A DNA stretch of 64,000 bases from contig JAVVGL010000001.1 of the NCBI GenBank assembly GCA_032249135.1, positions 1 through 64,000 on the forward strand, given 5' to 3'. Shown one piece after another: positions 29,040 through 39,129 of this stretch. The DNA comes from Candidatus Calescibacterium sp. GTDB lineage: Bacteria; Calescibacteriota; Calescibacteriia; Calescibacteriales; Calescibacteriaceae. A program made the position numbers and the translations under genes. Position 1 is the first letter of the stretch. Each line of letters begins with the position of its first letter. The notes beneath the pieces are model-generated. The model saw nothing but the letters and a program-made list of their open reading frames with translations, was not told where the DNA came from and did no database searches.

Positions 29040-29294
29040 TCATTTTATCTTTTCTATATTCCCATCTCCACATTTGAATTCTGCCCCAGTATAAGTACTA
29101 ACTCGTCTCTGAGCGGGAAGGTAGCAGGAGTACTTTAATGTTATTTCAATTAATTCTCCACTTTCCTGGGATAATTCCTTTATCTTTTTTAATTTTTCCT
29201 GAGTGATATTTGCTGAAAGAACCAATATTATGAAGGAAATAGAAAGAATTACAAAACTTACTGCTATCTCTACTAAATCAAAAAGCGATCTCAT
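29040..29294 (-). CDS. Small pilin-like membrane protein
   Basis: FDLVEIAVSFVIL resembles F(+1)..E(+5) of a prepilin helix; C-terminal Cys pair. Confidence 0.45.
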   Translation of the reverse strand: MRSLFDLVEIAVSFVILSISFIILVLSANITQEKLKKIKELSQESGELIEITLKYSCYLPAQRRVSTYTGAEFKCGDGNIEKIK

Positions 29295-29380
29295 ATTGTC
29301 TCGCTTCCATCAACATTCCCTTTATCTTCTTTTTCTGCTCCTATTTTTCTGATATATTTAAAATTTTTATAATTTTCTAT

Positions 29381-29923
29381 ATGAAATGTGAGAAAAATAT
29401 TCCTTTTTTCTCTTTCTCTTCACTTATTTTTTTGTTTGTTTTATTAAAATGCGCAACAAAGGAAGTCGCTCCGGAATGGATAACTTTTGAGCAGATGATA
29501 GATAGAAACAAGGCATTCGTCAGTGCAGTTGTCTCTGTTTATCCATCTATATCTGTTGCTCGGGTCAAGTGTGATACAGAGGCTAAGGCGAAGTTGAAAT
29601 TTGTTTTACACGCTGAACTAAAAGATGTGTTCGGCGGACTTATAAAACAAAACGAAGAAGCTTTTCTCAGGAAACTTAGTGAAGATTTAGCCAAAGAGTT
29701 CATAGAAAAAACCAAAGTTCATGATACATTTATTGATGAAAAAAAAGGTATTCTCTACTGTCGGATTTTCTTGTATTTTACCCCGCAATTTTATTCATCA
29801 GCTATTTTGCATGCAGAAGCTATATTGAAAAATGAATTTCCTGATGTGTTCAACGAAAATATAAGAAATGAAATGTTAAAAAGACTGGAAGAAAGAAGAG
29901 GGATAAAATTGAATCAAAAGTGA
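29381..29923 (+). CDS. Putative lipoprotein, hypothetical
   Basis: Hydrophobic signal ending VLLK-C, followed by ..APEWI. Confidence 0.6.
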   Translation: MKCEKNIPFFSFSSLIFLFVLLKCATKEVAPEWITFEQMIDRNKAFVSAVVSVYPSISVARVKCDTEAKAKLKFVLHAELKDVFGGLIKQNEEAFLRKLSEDLAKEFIEKTKVHDTFIDEKKGILYCRIFLYFTPQFYSSAILHAEAILKNEFPDVFNENIRNEMLKRLEERRGIKLNQK

Positions 29924-32742
29924 GAACTATGGTTGAGAACTTTTCGCAGGAAGAATCCTGTATATGACCCTTCTGTTTCGGCAATTTTTTCAGGAGGTCC
30001 CTCTGCAATAAGATATCCTCCTTTTTCTCCGCCTTCTGGTCCCAGGTCTATTACCCAATCTGCTACTTTTATCACATCTAAGTTATGTTCTATAACTATC
30101 ACGGTGTTTCCCATATCAACGAGCTTTCTTAAAACTTGTATAAGTTTTCTTATATCTTCAAAGTGAAGTCCGGTTGTTGGTTCATCTAATATATATAGGG
30201 TTTTGCCGGAGGGTTTTTTTGAAAGTTCCTTTGCAAGTCTCACTCTTTGTGCTTCACCTCCAGATAGCGTTGTTGCTGGTTGCCCAAGCTTTATATATCC
30301 CAAACCAATATCTTGAATTACTTGGAGTTTTTCTCTTATGAAAGGTTGATTTGCAAAAAACTCAATCGCTTCATCAACCGTCATATCAAGAATGTCAGCT
30401 ATGTTCTTACCCCTAAATCTTATTTCAAGAGTTTCTCTGTTGAATCTTTTCCCTTGACATGCTCTACATTTCACAAATATATCGGGTAAAAGATGCATCT
30501 CTACTTTTATAAAACCTTCTCCTCTACATTCCTCACATCTTCCACCTGGAACGTTGAAAGAAAACCTTGAAATCGTATAACCTCTTGCTCTTGATTCCGG
30601 TAAAGACGCAAAAAGTTCTCTTATTGGAGTAAATACTCCTGTATATGTTGCTGGATTTGACCTTGGTGTCCTACCTATTGGAGACTGATCAACCAAAATA
30701 ACTTTATCTATATATTGAATTCCTTCTATGTCATCGTATTCAAGAGGTTTTTCCGCTCCATCGCCATGGAGAGCTTTCTTTAAAGCTGGATAAAGTGTAT
30801 CTACTACAAGAGAAGATTTTCCAGAGCCTGAAACGCCGGATACACATATGAATAGTCCCACAGGGAATCTCACGGTTATATTTTTTAAGTTCCTTCCTTT
30901 TGCACCTTTGAGAACTATCCATCTTCCATCCGGCTCCTTCCTTTTTTCAGGAAACGGGATATCTCTTTTACCAGAAAGATACTGACAAGTTAAAGAATTT
31001 TCTTTTGGATTTTTCTTTGCCTCTTCCGGCGTTCCATAAAAAACGACTTTTCCTCCATAAATTCCTCCACCTTCTCCAAGATCTATTATAAGGTCTGCTG
31101 ATTCCATAGTTTCTCTATCGTGCTCTACTACAATTACCGAATTCCCAAGATCTCTTAATTTTTTCAGAGTTGTTATTAGTTTTGAAACATCACGCGGGTG
31201 TAATCCGCATGTAGGTTCATCAAGAACATATAGTACTCCTGTGAGTTTTGAACCGAGTTGTGCCGCTAGTTTTAACCTTTGAGATTCTCCGCTTGATAGA
31301 GTTGATGACTCACGAGAAAGTTCAAGGTATCCAAGTCCTACATCTTTTATGAATTCAAGCCTTGATATTATTTCAGTCAAAATTCTTTCTGCTATTTCTT
31401 TTCTTTGTTCGTCGAACTCCAAGTTTTTGAAGAATTCAAGAGCTTGCTCAACTGTCATATTTACGACATCACTTATGTTTTTCTGATTTATAAGAACAGA
31501 AAGAGCTTCTTTTTTAAGCCTTGTTCCATTACAAGTTTTGCACACAGAAGATGTTATATATCTTTCAACTTCCCACCAATATCCCTCATTATATCTTTCC
31601 CACAAGTAATTTATTACTCCTTCAAACCCATCTACACCTTCGCCGTATAGAATCGCTCTTTTTACTTTTTCTGGAAGTTCTTCCCATTTTGTTTTCAGCA
31701 CATTCTTGCCGAAGATTTTTGATATTGTTTCAAGTTCATCTTCAAGAGGATTATTTTTTCTGAAAGGTTTGATTGCTCCTTCCTCTATTGTTTTTGTTTT
31801 GTCTATAAGTAGTTCTTCATCTATTTTTAGTATTTTTCCTATTCCATGACAGGTAGGACATGCTCCATAAGGGGAGTTGAATGAAAAGAGTCTTGGTGAA
31901 ATTTCCTCATACGAAAAAGAACACTGCGGACATGCAAAAACCGTTGAAAAAAGCTTTGAATTAATATTTTTCTCTTCGCCTTTTATATCTTTTTTATTAT
32001 CATTTCCATTTTCTTCTGGTTCTTCCCATTCTACGAGTACTAACCCTTTTGAAATATCTTTTGCTTGCTCGCATGAGGATACTATTCTTCTTCTTGTATC
32101 ATCATCTTTTTTCAAAATTATTCTGTCAACAAGTATTTCTATTGTATGTTTTTTTGTTTTTTCAAGGTGAGGTATTCCTTCAAATAGGTCATATATTTTG
32201 CCGTTTATTCTTACTCTTGAAAATCCTCTTGCTCGCCAGAGTTCAAGGTCTTTTTTGTACTCGCCTTTTTTACCTCTCACATAGGGAGAATAAATGAATA
32301 CTTTTGAACCTTCTTTGAGCGATAGTATGAAATCTGAAATTCTTTGAGGAGTTATAGCTGAAATTGGGATTTTGCAATCCGGACAGTACGGTTCTCCTAC
32401 TCTTGCAAAAAGTAATCTCAGATAATCGTAGATTTCTGTTGATGTTGCAACAGTTGATCTTGGGTTCCATCTTGAACCTTTTTGGTCTATCGCTATGGCT
32501 GGGGAGAGTCCTTCAACTGAATCAACATCCGGCTTTGGCATCTGTTCTATAAATTGCCTTGCGTATGAAGAAAGACACTCTACATACCTTCTCTGTCCTT
32601 CTGCAAAAAGTATATCAAAAACTAAAGAAGATTTCCCGGATCCGGAAACCCCTGTGACGACCACGAATTTGAATTTTGGGATTTTAAGGTCTATATTTTT
32701 GAGGTTGTTCTGCCTTGCACCTTTTATATATATAAAATCCAT
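29914..32742 (-). CDS. uvrA: Excinuclease ABC subunit A
   Basis: Two GVSGSGKSS Walker A motifs, zinc fingers, LSGGEAQR. Confidence 0.98.
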   Translation of the reverse strand: MDFIYIKGARQNNLKNIDLKIPKFKFVVVTGVSGSGKSSLVFDILFAEGQRRYVECLSSYARQFIEQMPKPDVDSVEGLSPAIAIDQKGSRWNPRSTVATSTEIYDYLRLLFARVGEPYCPDCKIPISAITPQRISDFILSLKEGSKVFIYSPYVRGKKGEYKKDLELWRARGFSRVRINGKIYDLFEGIPHLEKTKKHTIEILVDRIILKKDDDTRRRIVSSCEQAKDISKGLVLVEWEEPEENGNDNKKDIKGEEKNINSKLFSTVFACPQCSFSYEEISPRLFSFNSPYGACPTCHGIGKILKIDEELLIDKTKTIEEGAIKPFRKNNPLEDELETISKIFGKNVLKTKWEELPEKVKRAILYGEGVDGFEGVINYLWERYNEGYWWEVERYITSSVCKTCNGTRLKKEALSVLINQKNISDVVNMTVEQALEFFKNLEFDEQRKEIAERILTEIISRLEFIKDVGLGYLELSRESSTLSSGESQRLKLAAQLGSKLTGVLYVLDEPTCGLHPRDVSKLITTLKKLRDLGNSVIVVEHDRETMESADLIIDLGEGGGIYGGKVVFYGTPEEAKKNPKENSLTCQYLSGKRDIPFPEKRKEPDGRWIVLKGAKGRNLKNITVRFPVGLFICVSGVSGSGKSSLVVDTLYPALKKALHGDGAEKPLEYDDIEGIQYIDKVILVDQSPIGRTPRSNPATYTGVFTPIRELFASLPESRARGYTISRFSFNVPGGRCEECRGEGFIKVEMHLLPDIFVKCRACQGKRFNRETLEIRFRGKNIADILDMTVDEAIEFFANQPFIREKLQVIQDIGLGYIKLGQPATTLSGGEAQRVRLAKELSKKPSGKTLYILDEPTTGLHFEDIRKLIQVLRKLVDMGNTVIVIEHNLDVIKVADWVIDLGPEGGEKGGYLIAEGPPEKIAETEGSYTGFFLRKVLNHSSHF

Positions 32743-32903
32743 AAATTTTTAAATTTAACTTTGAAAGTTCAACTTTGATGAAATACAAATAAATAAATAC
32801 TTGGTTAGATTGAACTTGCTCAATTTAAAAATTGCCATACTAACCATAATGTTAAAAACAGAAAAAGCAATTATAAATAGCCAATCGCATTAAATTTAAA
32901 GAA

Positions 32904-34100
32904 ATGGATTTTGTCATAGCTTTGATTGGTGGAATTTTGTCATTTTTCTCTCCCTGTGTTTTTCCTCTTGTGCCAGTTTATATAACTTTTTTTGCTGGTA
33001 TATCTTTAAATGAAATGAAAAAAAATAGTACGGGAGTAAAAGGGAAAGTAATTTTGAAATCAATTCTTTTTGTCTTGGGATTTTCTCTTGCGTTCTCAAT
33101 ACTTGGGGCATCATCAGCGGCAGTTGGCGGCTTTTTGAGGGACTTCAAAAGGGAAATTATGATTTTAGCAGGTATTATAATTTTCATCTTCGGTCTTCAT
33201 CTTACAGGAATAATAAGAATTCCTTTTTTACTTGAAGAAAAACGATTAGATGTATCAAGATTTTCTCAAAAATTCCCAGATTTTATTTTTCCTTTCATAG
33301 CAGGCTTTCTCTTTGCTTTCGGATGGACACCATGCATAGGCCCGATTTTAGCGGGCATATTATCTATCGCAGCAAGTTCAGAGAGTGTAATAGAAGGTAT
33401 ATCGCTCCTTTTTGTGTTTTCTTTGGGAATTGGTATTCCGTTTATTATTTCTGCAATCTTCATCGGTACACTTATTTCATCTTTAAAAAAAATAAAGAGA
33501 ATTTTCAGAGCAGTTGAAATATCATCAGGTGTTCTTCTTCTCTTATTGAGTCTCATTTTTATTTTTAATAAGTTTGACTTGCTTCGGGTAAATTTCAAAG
33601 GACTTGAAGAGATTTTGAACATAGAAAAAAAACTTAACTTTCACAGATCCAACACAAATAGAGCGGAAACTTCTATCAAAGAATACGATGTTATAGCAGA
33701 AGTTATAGAGAAAATAGAAAATTTTAAGCCAATAAACAACATACAACCAAAAAAAGCTGATTTTATAATAGTAAATTTCTGGGCAACATATTGTCCACCT
33801 TGCAAAAAAGAAATACCATCTTTTAATCTTGCAGTAAAAAAGTTCAAAGAGTTAAGTATAATTGGGATAGCGGTTGATGATGAACCGGAGGATATAAAGA
33901 ATTTTGAGTACGAAATAGGAGGAATAGAATTCCCCATCTTTTTACAAAAGGATGTTATAGGAGAATTTGAACCATACGCTCTGCCAGAGTCATACTTTTT
34001 CTACAAAGGCAAATACATAGGAAAAGTTTCAGGAATAGTTGAATTTGAAGAAATAGAAAAATTCTTGAAAAAAGATTTCTCTTTTGTTGATGAGCAATAA
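32904..34100 (+). CDS. CcdA/DsbD transmembrane domain fused to a TlpA-like thioredoxin (DipZ-like)
   Basis: SPCVFP and WTPCIGP in the TM domain; NFWATYCPPC. Confidence 0.9.
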   Translation: MDFVIALIGGILSFFSPCVFPLVPVYITFFAGISLNEMKKNSTGVKGKVILKSILFVLGFSLAFSILGASSAAVGGFLRDFKREIMILAGIIIFIFGLHLTGIIRIPFLLEEKRLDVSRFSQKFPDFIFPFIAGFLFAFGWTPCIGPILAGILSIAASSESVIEGISLLFVFSLGIGIPFIISAIFIGTLISSLKKIKRIFRAVEISSGVLLLLLSLIFIFNKFDLLRVNFKGLEEILNIEKKLNFHRSNTNRAETSIKEYDVIAEVIEKIENFKPINNIQPKKADFIIVNFWATYCPPCKKEIPSFNLAVKKFKELSIIGIAVDDEPEDIKNFEYEIGGIEFPIFLQKDVIGEFEPYALPESYFFYKGKYIGKVSGIVEFEEIEKFLKKDFSFVDEQ

Positions 34101-34893
34101 AAACAAAAATCTCAAACCAGACGCTGTTTTGATTTTGTCAGCGGGAAAAGGAGAAAGATTAAGACCAATAACAGACTTTACCCCCAAACCTTTGATTGAC
34201 ATAGAAGGAATCCCTGTTTTTGCTTTCTCGCTTTTTTTAGCATATAAAGCTGGTTTTAGAGAATTCATTGTAAATACTCATCACCTTGCAGAAATTCTTG
34301 AGGGAAGACTGAAGGATTTTGGAAAAAAGAAAGGAATAGATTTTAAATTCATACGAGAAAAAAAACTTTTAGGAACAGGAGGAACAATAAAATATGTATT
34401 TGAAAAATTCAAGTTCAAAAAAATTTTAGTGATGAACTCAGATATAGTTTGCGATGCAGATATTGAAAGTTTCATAAAATCTTGGTCTGAATCAGATTCA
34501 TTAGCTCATATAATGATAAAGGAAGGAAAACCAGGAGGAGTTGAAGTTGATAAAAATACAGGAAAAGTCGTAAGAATATACGGGGAAGGCAAAGGAGGAA
34601 ATTTTACTTTTACAGGGATACACATTGTGAAAAGCGAAATAAAGGATTTTTTAAATAATAATAAGAAGAAGAAGAAAACACCACTATGTATAGTAAAGGA
34701 TGGATACTCAAAGATATTGGATGAGGGAAAAGGTACTATTTCTTTTTTCATACACGATGGATTCTTTTCTGATGTCGGAACTCATTCAAGACTTTCTGAA
34801 ACAAGAAGAACTGTCTCCGAAATAATGAGTAATGCTAATGACAGACTTTACAACTTTTTCATATCAGTAAAAAAATTCGTATATGAAGATTAA
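34090..34893 (+). CDS. Sugar-phosphate nucleotidyltransferase (MurU/MPG1-like)
   Basis: ILSAGKGERLRPIT..PKPL, LLGTGG, NSD, DVGT. Confidence 0.85.
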   Translation: MSNKNKNLKPDAVLILSAGKGERLRPITDFTPKPLIDIEGIPVFAFSLFLAYKAGFREFIVNTHHLAEILEGRLKDFGKKKGIDFKFIREKKLLGTGGTIKYVFEKFKFKKILVMNSDIVCDADIESFIKSWSESDSLAHIMIKEGKPGGVEVDKNTGKVVRIYGEGKGGNFTFTGIHIVKSEIKDFLNNNKKKKKTPLCIVKDGYSKILDEGKGTISFFIHDGFFSDVGTHSRLSETRRTVSEIMSNANDRLYNFFISVKKFVYED

Positions 34894-34974
34894 AACAGAT
34901 GAGGAATACCTATGATTTTTGAAGTTTTAGATTAGATTTGTAATATAAAAGCCAAAAATACTAATATTTTTTAT

Positions 34975-37900
34975 ATGAAGAAGAAAAAAAGTTTTTTTAA
35001 GAAGTTAGTAGTAGTAATAATATCTTTCATTCTGATTTCAGTTTTAAGTTGCGCAAGGAAGAAATCTGAAAATCAAAGTGGGAGTCTAAACGGTCAAATC
35101 TTACAAGCTTTGAGCTATATAGAAAATGGTGAATTCAACTATGCGGAAAAACTCTTACAAGAAGTGAAAGCTAAGGACCCTGAAAATTGTGAAGCTTCAT
35201 ATGGTCTTGCACTTATATACCTTAGAAATTTGGTAGAAATTGTAAATTCAGTTTTATCAATAGCTTTTGGATTAGGTGAGGCATTCAGTCAAAGCCCGAG
35301 TTTGGAAATTCAATATGACAATTCAGATTTTGATAAATCAATTTGGTCTCATAATGAAATAAAAAGGCTCACAAAAAAGGCAAATTTATCTGATGCTATA
35401 CGATCTATTTTAGAACCAGCATTCACTGAAACTGAAAAGATTGTTCGTAACATACAAATTGCCGTATCTAAAAGATGCTACATAAGGGTCGCACTACCAA
35501 TAAGATTAGGAACAGAAAAAAATACTATTGCTCATTTTTTCGTCGGGGAGAAGGGAGGAAATTTAAATAAGTGGGGTCCAACCGAAGCAGCTTTTATAGG
35601 TTTCTTTGCAAATATCATTGATGCTATATTCAAATTCATATTTGTAATAAACTGGGATATAAACATAGAAAAGCTCGTAGAACTTCAATTTAAACTAAAT
35701 TCTGAAAACTTATTAGGTTTCCTCCAACAGCAGAACCCGCAAGTGCAAACGTCAATAGGAGGTCTATTCTCTCAGATACGACCTGAAGATTTAATCAACT
35801 CTGCAATATCTACTGACCCATTTGATACGGTAGCTTTATTTGCATCACTTGCATACATAATTGATACCTCACCAGATCTTCTAAAAATACAGAAAGGTTC
35901 AGAAAGAATTTTAGATGAAGTTCCACAGCATCTCACAGTAGCTTTTGATCTATTCATAAAAATTTTTGAGTTTATTACAAATTACTCTGATAAAGATTCT
36001 ATAATAGCTTACCAAGATTCAACAGGTGATGGGCTGTCAACAGATGATTTTATTGACCTTAATGTTTTTGATTATCCCAGCTTGCAAAAGGGGCTTTTGA
36101 TAAGTATTGGAAGATCAAAAATAAAAATAGATAAAATATTGATATCAACACTATTTAGACCTTTCCTTTTCAAGGAAACAAGAGAAAGATATTTATCTGC
36201 TTTCACAAGATTCAGAGACGCATTTGATATAAAGAACGAAAAAATACCAGAAAGCCAAAGATGGATAAACCTTCAATATGTTTTGTCTTTAATTCCTTTT
36301 ATTTCTGTTCAAGATACAATAAGGTTCAATCCAAAAAAGTTTTTTGAAGGTCTAAAAAGTAATCCAGAAGGTCTCAGAGCCATACTCCCCATATGGACCG
36401 ATATTACAGGAGACGGAGTCCCAGAATTTATAATAGAAGCCGAGGCAATAGGCACAAGCGAAAAGTTCTGCTTTGCACCACCGGACAGAATAAAAAGTAG
36501 ATTTATCGTAAACCCCCTTTTAGAACTCCGAGGGGAAGAAAAATCTCAACTAAGATATATAACCATAATATACTCAAAAGGAGAGATCACTCAGGATTTT
36601 TGGTGCAGCATATCTCCATATCTTACACCGGTTGCAGGAAGAGAATATCAGGCGAGCATATCGGCAGAGATGTACATAAATAACATTGAATTGAACATAG
36701 AAACAAAAGAACTTAATTTTTCCGTTTTGCCGTGCGATCTTTTCGCAGAAGATGAAGTAAATTTTGTATGCTACGTCAAAGAAAAAAACAAGGAAAAAAT
36801 GATTGTGCGAATAAAGGATGACGAAGGCAAAGTAAATGATTATGAGCTCCAAAAAGTTTTAGCAGATAACAAGATATATAAAGATTTTGAGGATAAAGTA
36901 ATAAGGAGATTTACCCAACCAGCGACTTATATGGGACAGTATATCATCCCCTCAGTGATGTTAGATGAAAACAAAGACTTATATGTGAGTTGGAATGATA
37001 TAGAAGTAAAAGATAATGATGTTAGCTCATACACCATAGAGGTACTGCTACCAGAGACAGGACAAATTCCTTATACTATTTCTGTTGAGGAAAACTCTTA
37101 TGGAGTAAAAAGATGTGTTGGTGGAATATGCTCCACAAATGACGAGGATTGCTCTGGTGCAACTTGTTTATATAAGATTGAGAATGTAGAAAAATTTTTA
37201 CAAGGATATAGAAGAATCTGCGTCAGGATAAAAGGATGGGCAGTAGAAAATTTTATTCTAAAAAATGTTGTTTCATCTCACTTGAAATGCTTTGAATTTC
37301 CTCAGGGAGTAATAAATGACACCCCAAACACAATAGATATATTTGAAAAAGAATTCAGGACAAAACAAGCAACTAAAACCACTCTAACATTTGAAGTAAA
37401 AACTTACGCACGACCAAAAAGCTTTTCTTTAAAAAATCCAATTTATATTCACATGGAAGGAGGTATAGAGGGTAGGACTTGTCTTTTCAATCCCAGAATA
37501 GTTCTTGCAGTAGCTCCTTTTAAATTCACCACAGCAGAAGGAGATAAAGGATATATTGAACCATATATAGAACCCCAAATTTTTTTGAGAACCAAAGATT
37601 TTGATGATGATTTTCAGGATAAAGTTATTCAAGCTATAGCAATAGGAGATTTAGAAAATTTCTCTGTGGAAAATGTAAGATATGTGAGAAAAGCTCGGAA
37701 GTACAAAGTTTTTTCTGCCTTCTTTTCTCAGAATGAAAAGGTCGTCCCAAGATATTTTTCAATTACAGAATTTCCTTTGAGATCTTTATTAGTTTTAGGT
37801 TGTGCATCGGTAATACCGAGATGCTTTTTCAACTCTGATTCTGCACATTTCCCCGAAGAAGTTATCTTCAGAGGTGTAAGTAAGAATTTGAGGATAAATA

Positions 37901-38175
37901 AAGATTGTGCATTTCCAGAAGTACCCTGGTCATACTACTATATAGCATTCCGAGACCCAACTTTCTTCGGATCAATTCAGGTGAACTTAGATCCTCTCAA
38001 AAAGTGTGATGGAGACCCACAAGGATGGATTGAACCGGACAATTATTCGCTCAATAAGGTAACAGTTGATCTAATTCATAGAACTATATCTCCTATTGTT
38101 TCTTTTATTTCAAGCGGAGTAGGTTTTATAACCGGGCAGCAGCAGTATATATCAACGGGGGATTTTTGCAAATAA
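34975..38175 (+). CDS. Large Cys-rich putative lipoprotein of unknown function
   Basis: Basic n-region, hydrophobic core, VLS-C; TPR-like N-terminal helices; 1066-aa ORF. Confidence 0.75.
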   Translation: MKKKKSFFKKLVVVIISFILISVLSCARKKSENQSGSLNGQILQALSYIENGEFNYAEKLLQEVKAKDPENCEASYGLALIYLRNLVEIVNSVLSIAFGLGEAFSQSPSLEIQYDNSDFDKSIWSHNEIKRLTKKANLSDAIRSILEPAFTETEKIVRNIQIAVSKRCYIRVALPIRLGTEKNTIAHFFVGEKGGNLNKWGPTEAAFIGFFANIIDAIFKFIFVINWDINIEKLVELQFKLNSENLLGFLQQQNPQVQTSIGGLFSQIRPEDLINSAISTDPFDTVALFASLAYIIDTSPDLLKIQKGSERILDEVPQHLTVAFDLFIKIFEFITNYSDKDSIIAYQDSTGDGLSTDDFIDLNVFDYPSLQKGLLISIGRSKIKIDKILISTLFRPFLFKETRERYLSAFTRFRDAFDIKNEKIPESQRWINLQYVLSLIPFISVQDTIRFNPKKFFEGLKSNPEGLRAILPIWTDITGDGVPEFIIEAEAIGTSEKFCFAPPDRIKSRFIVNPLLELRGEEKSQLRYITIIYSKGEITQDFWCSISPYLTPVAGREYQASISAEMYINNIELNIETKELNFSVLPCDLFAEDEVNFVCYVKEKNKEKMIVRIKDDEGKVNDYELQKVLADNKIYKDFEDKVIRRFTQPATYMGQYIIPSVMLDENKDLYVSWNDIEVKDNDVSSYTIEVLLPETGQIPYTISVEENSYGVKRCVGGICSTNDEDCSGATCLYKIENVEKFLQGYRRICVRIKGWAVENFILKNVVSSHLKCFEFPQGVINDTPNTIDIFEKEFRTKQATKTTLTFEVKTYARPKSFSLKNPIYIHMEGGIEGRTCLFNPRIVLAVAPFKFTTAEGDKGYIEPYIEPQIFLRTKDFDDDFQDKVIQAIAIGDLENFSVENVRYVRKARKYKVFSAFFSQNEKVVPRYFSITEFPLRSLLVLGCASVIPRCFFNSDSAHFPEEVIFRGVSKNLRINKDCAFPEVPWSYYYIAFRDPTFFGSIQVNLDPLKKCDGDPQGWIEPDNYSLNKVTVDLIHRTISPIVSFISSGVGFITGQQQYISTGDFCK

Positions 38176-38194
38176 AATCTTTAATCTTCTCTTT

Positions 38195-38986
38195 TCATCT
38201 TCCTTTCCACTCAGGTTCTCTTTTCTGGAAGAAAGCCATAACACCCTCAACAAGGTCTTCCGCCATAGTGTTTATTGAAAGCATAGAAGATAAAAACTCA
38301 AGAGATTTTGAAAATTCAAGCTCCCTGGCAGTATAATATGCTCTCCTCCCTAACCTCAAAATAGCAGGACTTTTTTTCAAGAGCTTCAAGACAACTTCAT
38401 TCACTTTATCGTCAAGCTTATCTTGAGGGACAACATAGTTTATGAAACCAAGTTTCAAAGCTTCATCTGCCGATATTCTTTCCCCCGTTAGCATAAGTTC
38501 GAGCAACTTTTTTGGATTAGATGTTACCCTTATCAAAGTAGCAAGTATTATATATGGGAAAAGTCCTACATTTATTTCTGGTGTTCCGAACCTTGCATTT
38601 TCTGATGCGACTCCTATATCACAGGCTGCAACAAGACCCAAACCACCACCCAGGGCATCACCATTTACCCTTGCAACCAGTGGTTTCTTATATAATTCCA
38701 TTACTCTAAATATTTCCGCAAATAATCGCGAGTTCTCATATCTATCTAAAAATGCAGATGAAACAGAAGGATCTGGAGACAAGTCTCCGCCAGCGGAGAA
38801 AGCTTTATCACCTTCACCCGTCAAAACAACTACTCTCACTTCCTGATCTTCATTTAGTTCTTTCAGAGCTTGGAGCAACTCTGAGGTCATCTTCGGAGAA
38901 ATTGCATTTCTTCTTTCTGGTCTGTTCAGCACAACGAATGCCACTTTGCCATCCTCTTTCTTTTCAACTTTTATGGTCTCATACAT
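38195..38986 (-). CDS. Enoyl-CoA hydratase/isomerase (crotonase family)
   Basis: LNRPERRNA, FSAGGDL, ALGGGLGL, PEINVGL. Confidence 0.92.
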   Translation of the reverse strand: MYETIKVEKKEDGKVAFVVLNRPERRNAISPKMTSELLQALKELNEDQEVRVVVLTGEGDKAFSAGGDLSPDPSVSSAFLDRYENSRLFAEIFRVMELYKKPLVARVNGDALGGGLGLVAACDIGVASENARFGTPEINVGLFPYIILATLIRVTSNPKKLLELMLTGERISADEALKLGFINYVVPQDKLDDKVNEVVLKLLKKSPAILRLGRRAYYTARELEFSKSLEFLSSMLSINTMAEDLVEGVMAFFQKREPEWKGR

Positions 38987-39129
38987 AACAGAAAAATTTT
39001 GAACAATCGTTTAAATTTTTGCACTATTTTCACATTTTTTCAAGAAAAAAAAATAGTAAAAAATTGTTTTCTGAATTTTCGTTTTTTTATACTTATAATG
39101 TTACCTTTTTATTTTTTTTATACTTTCGT

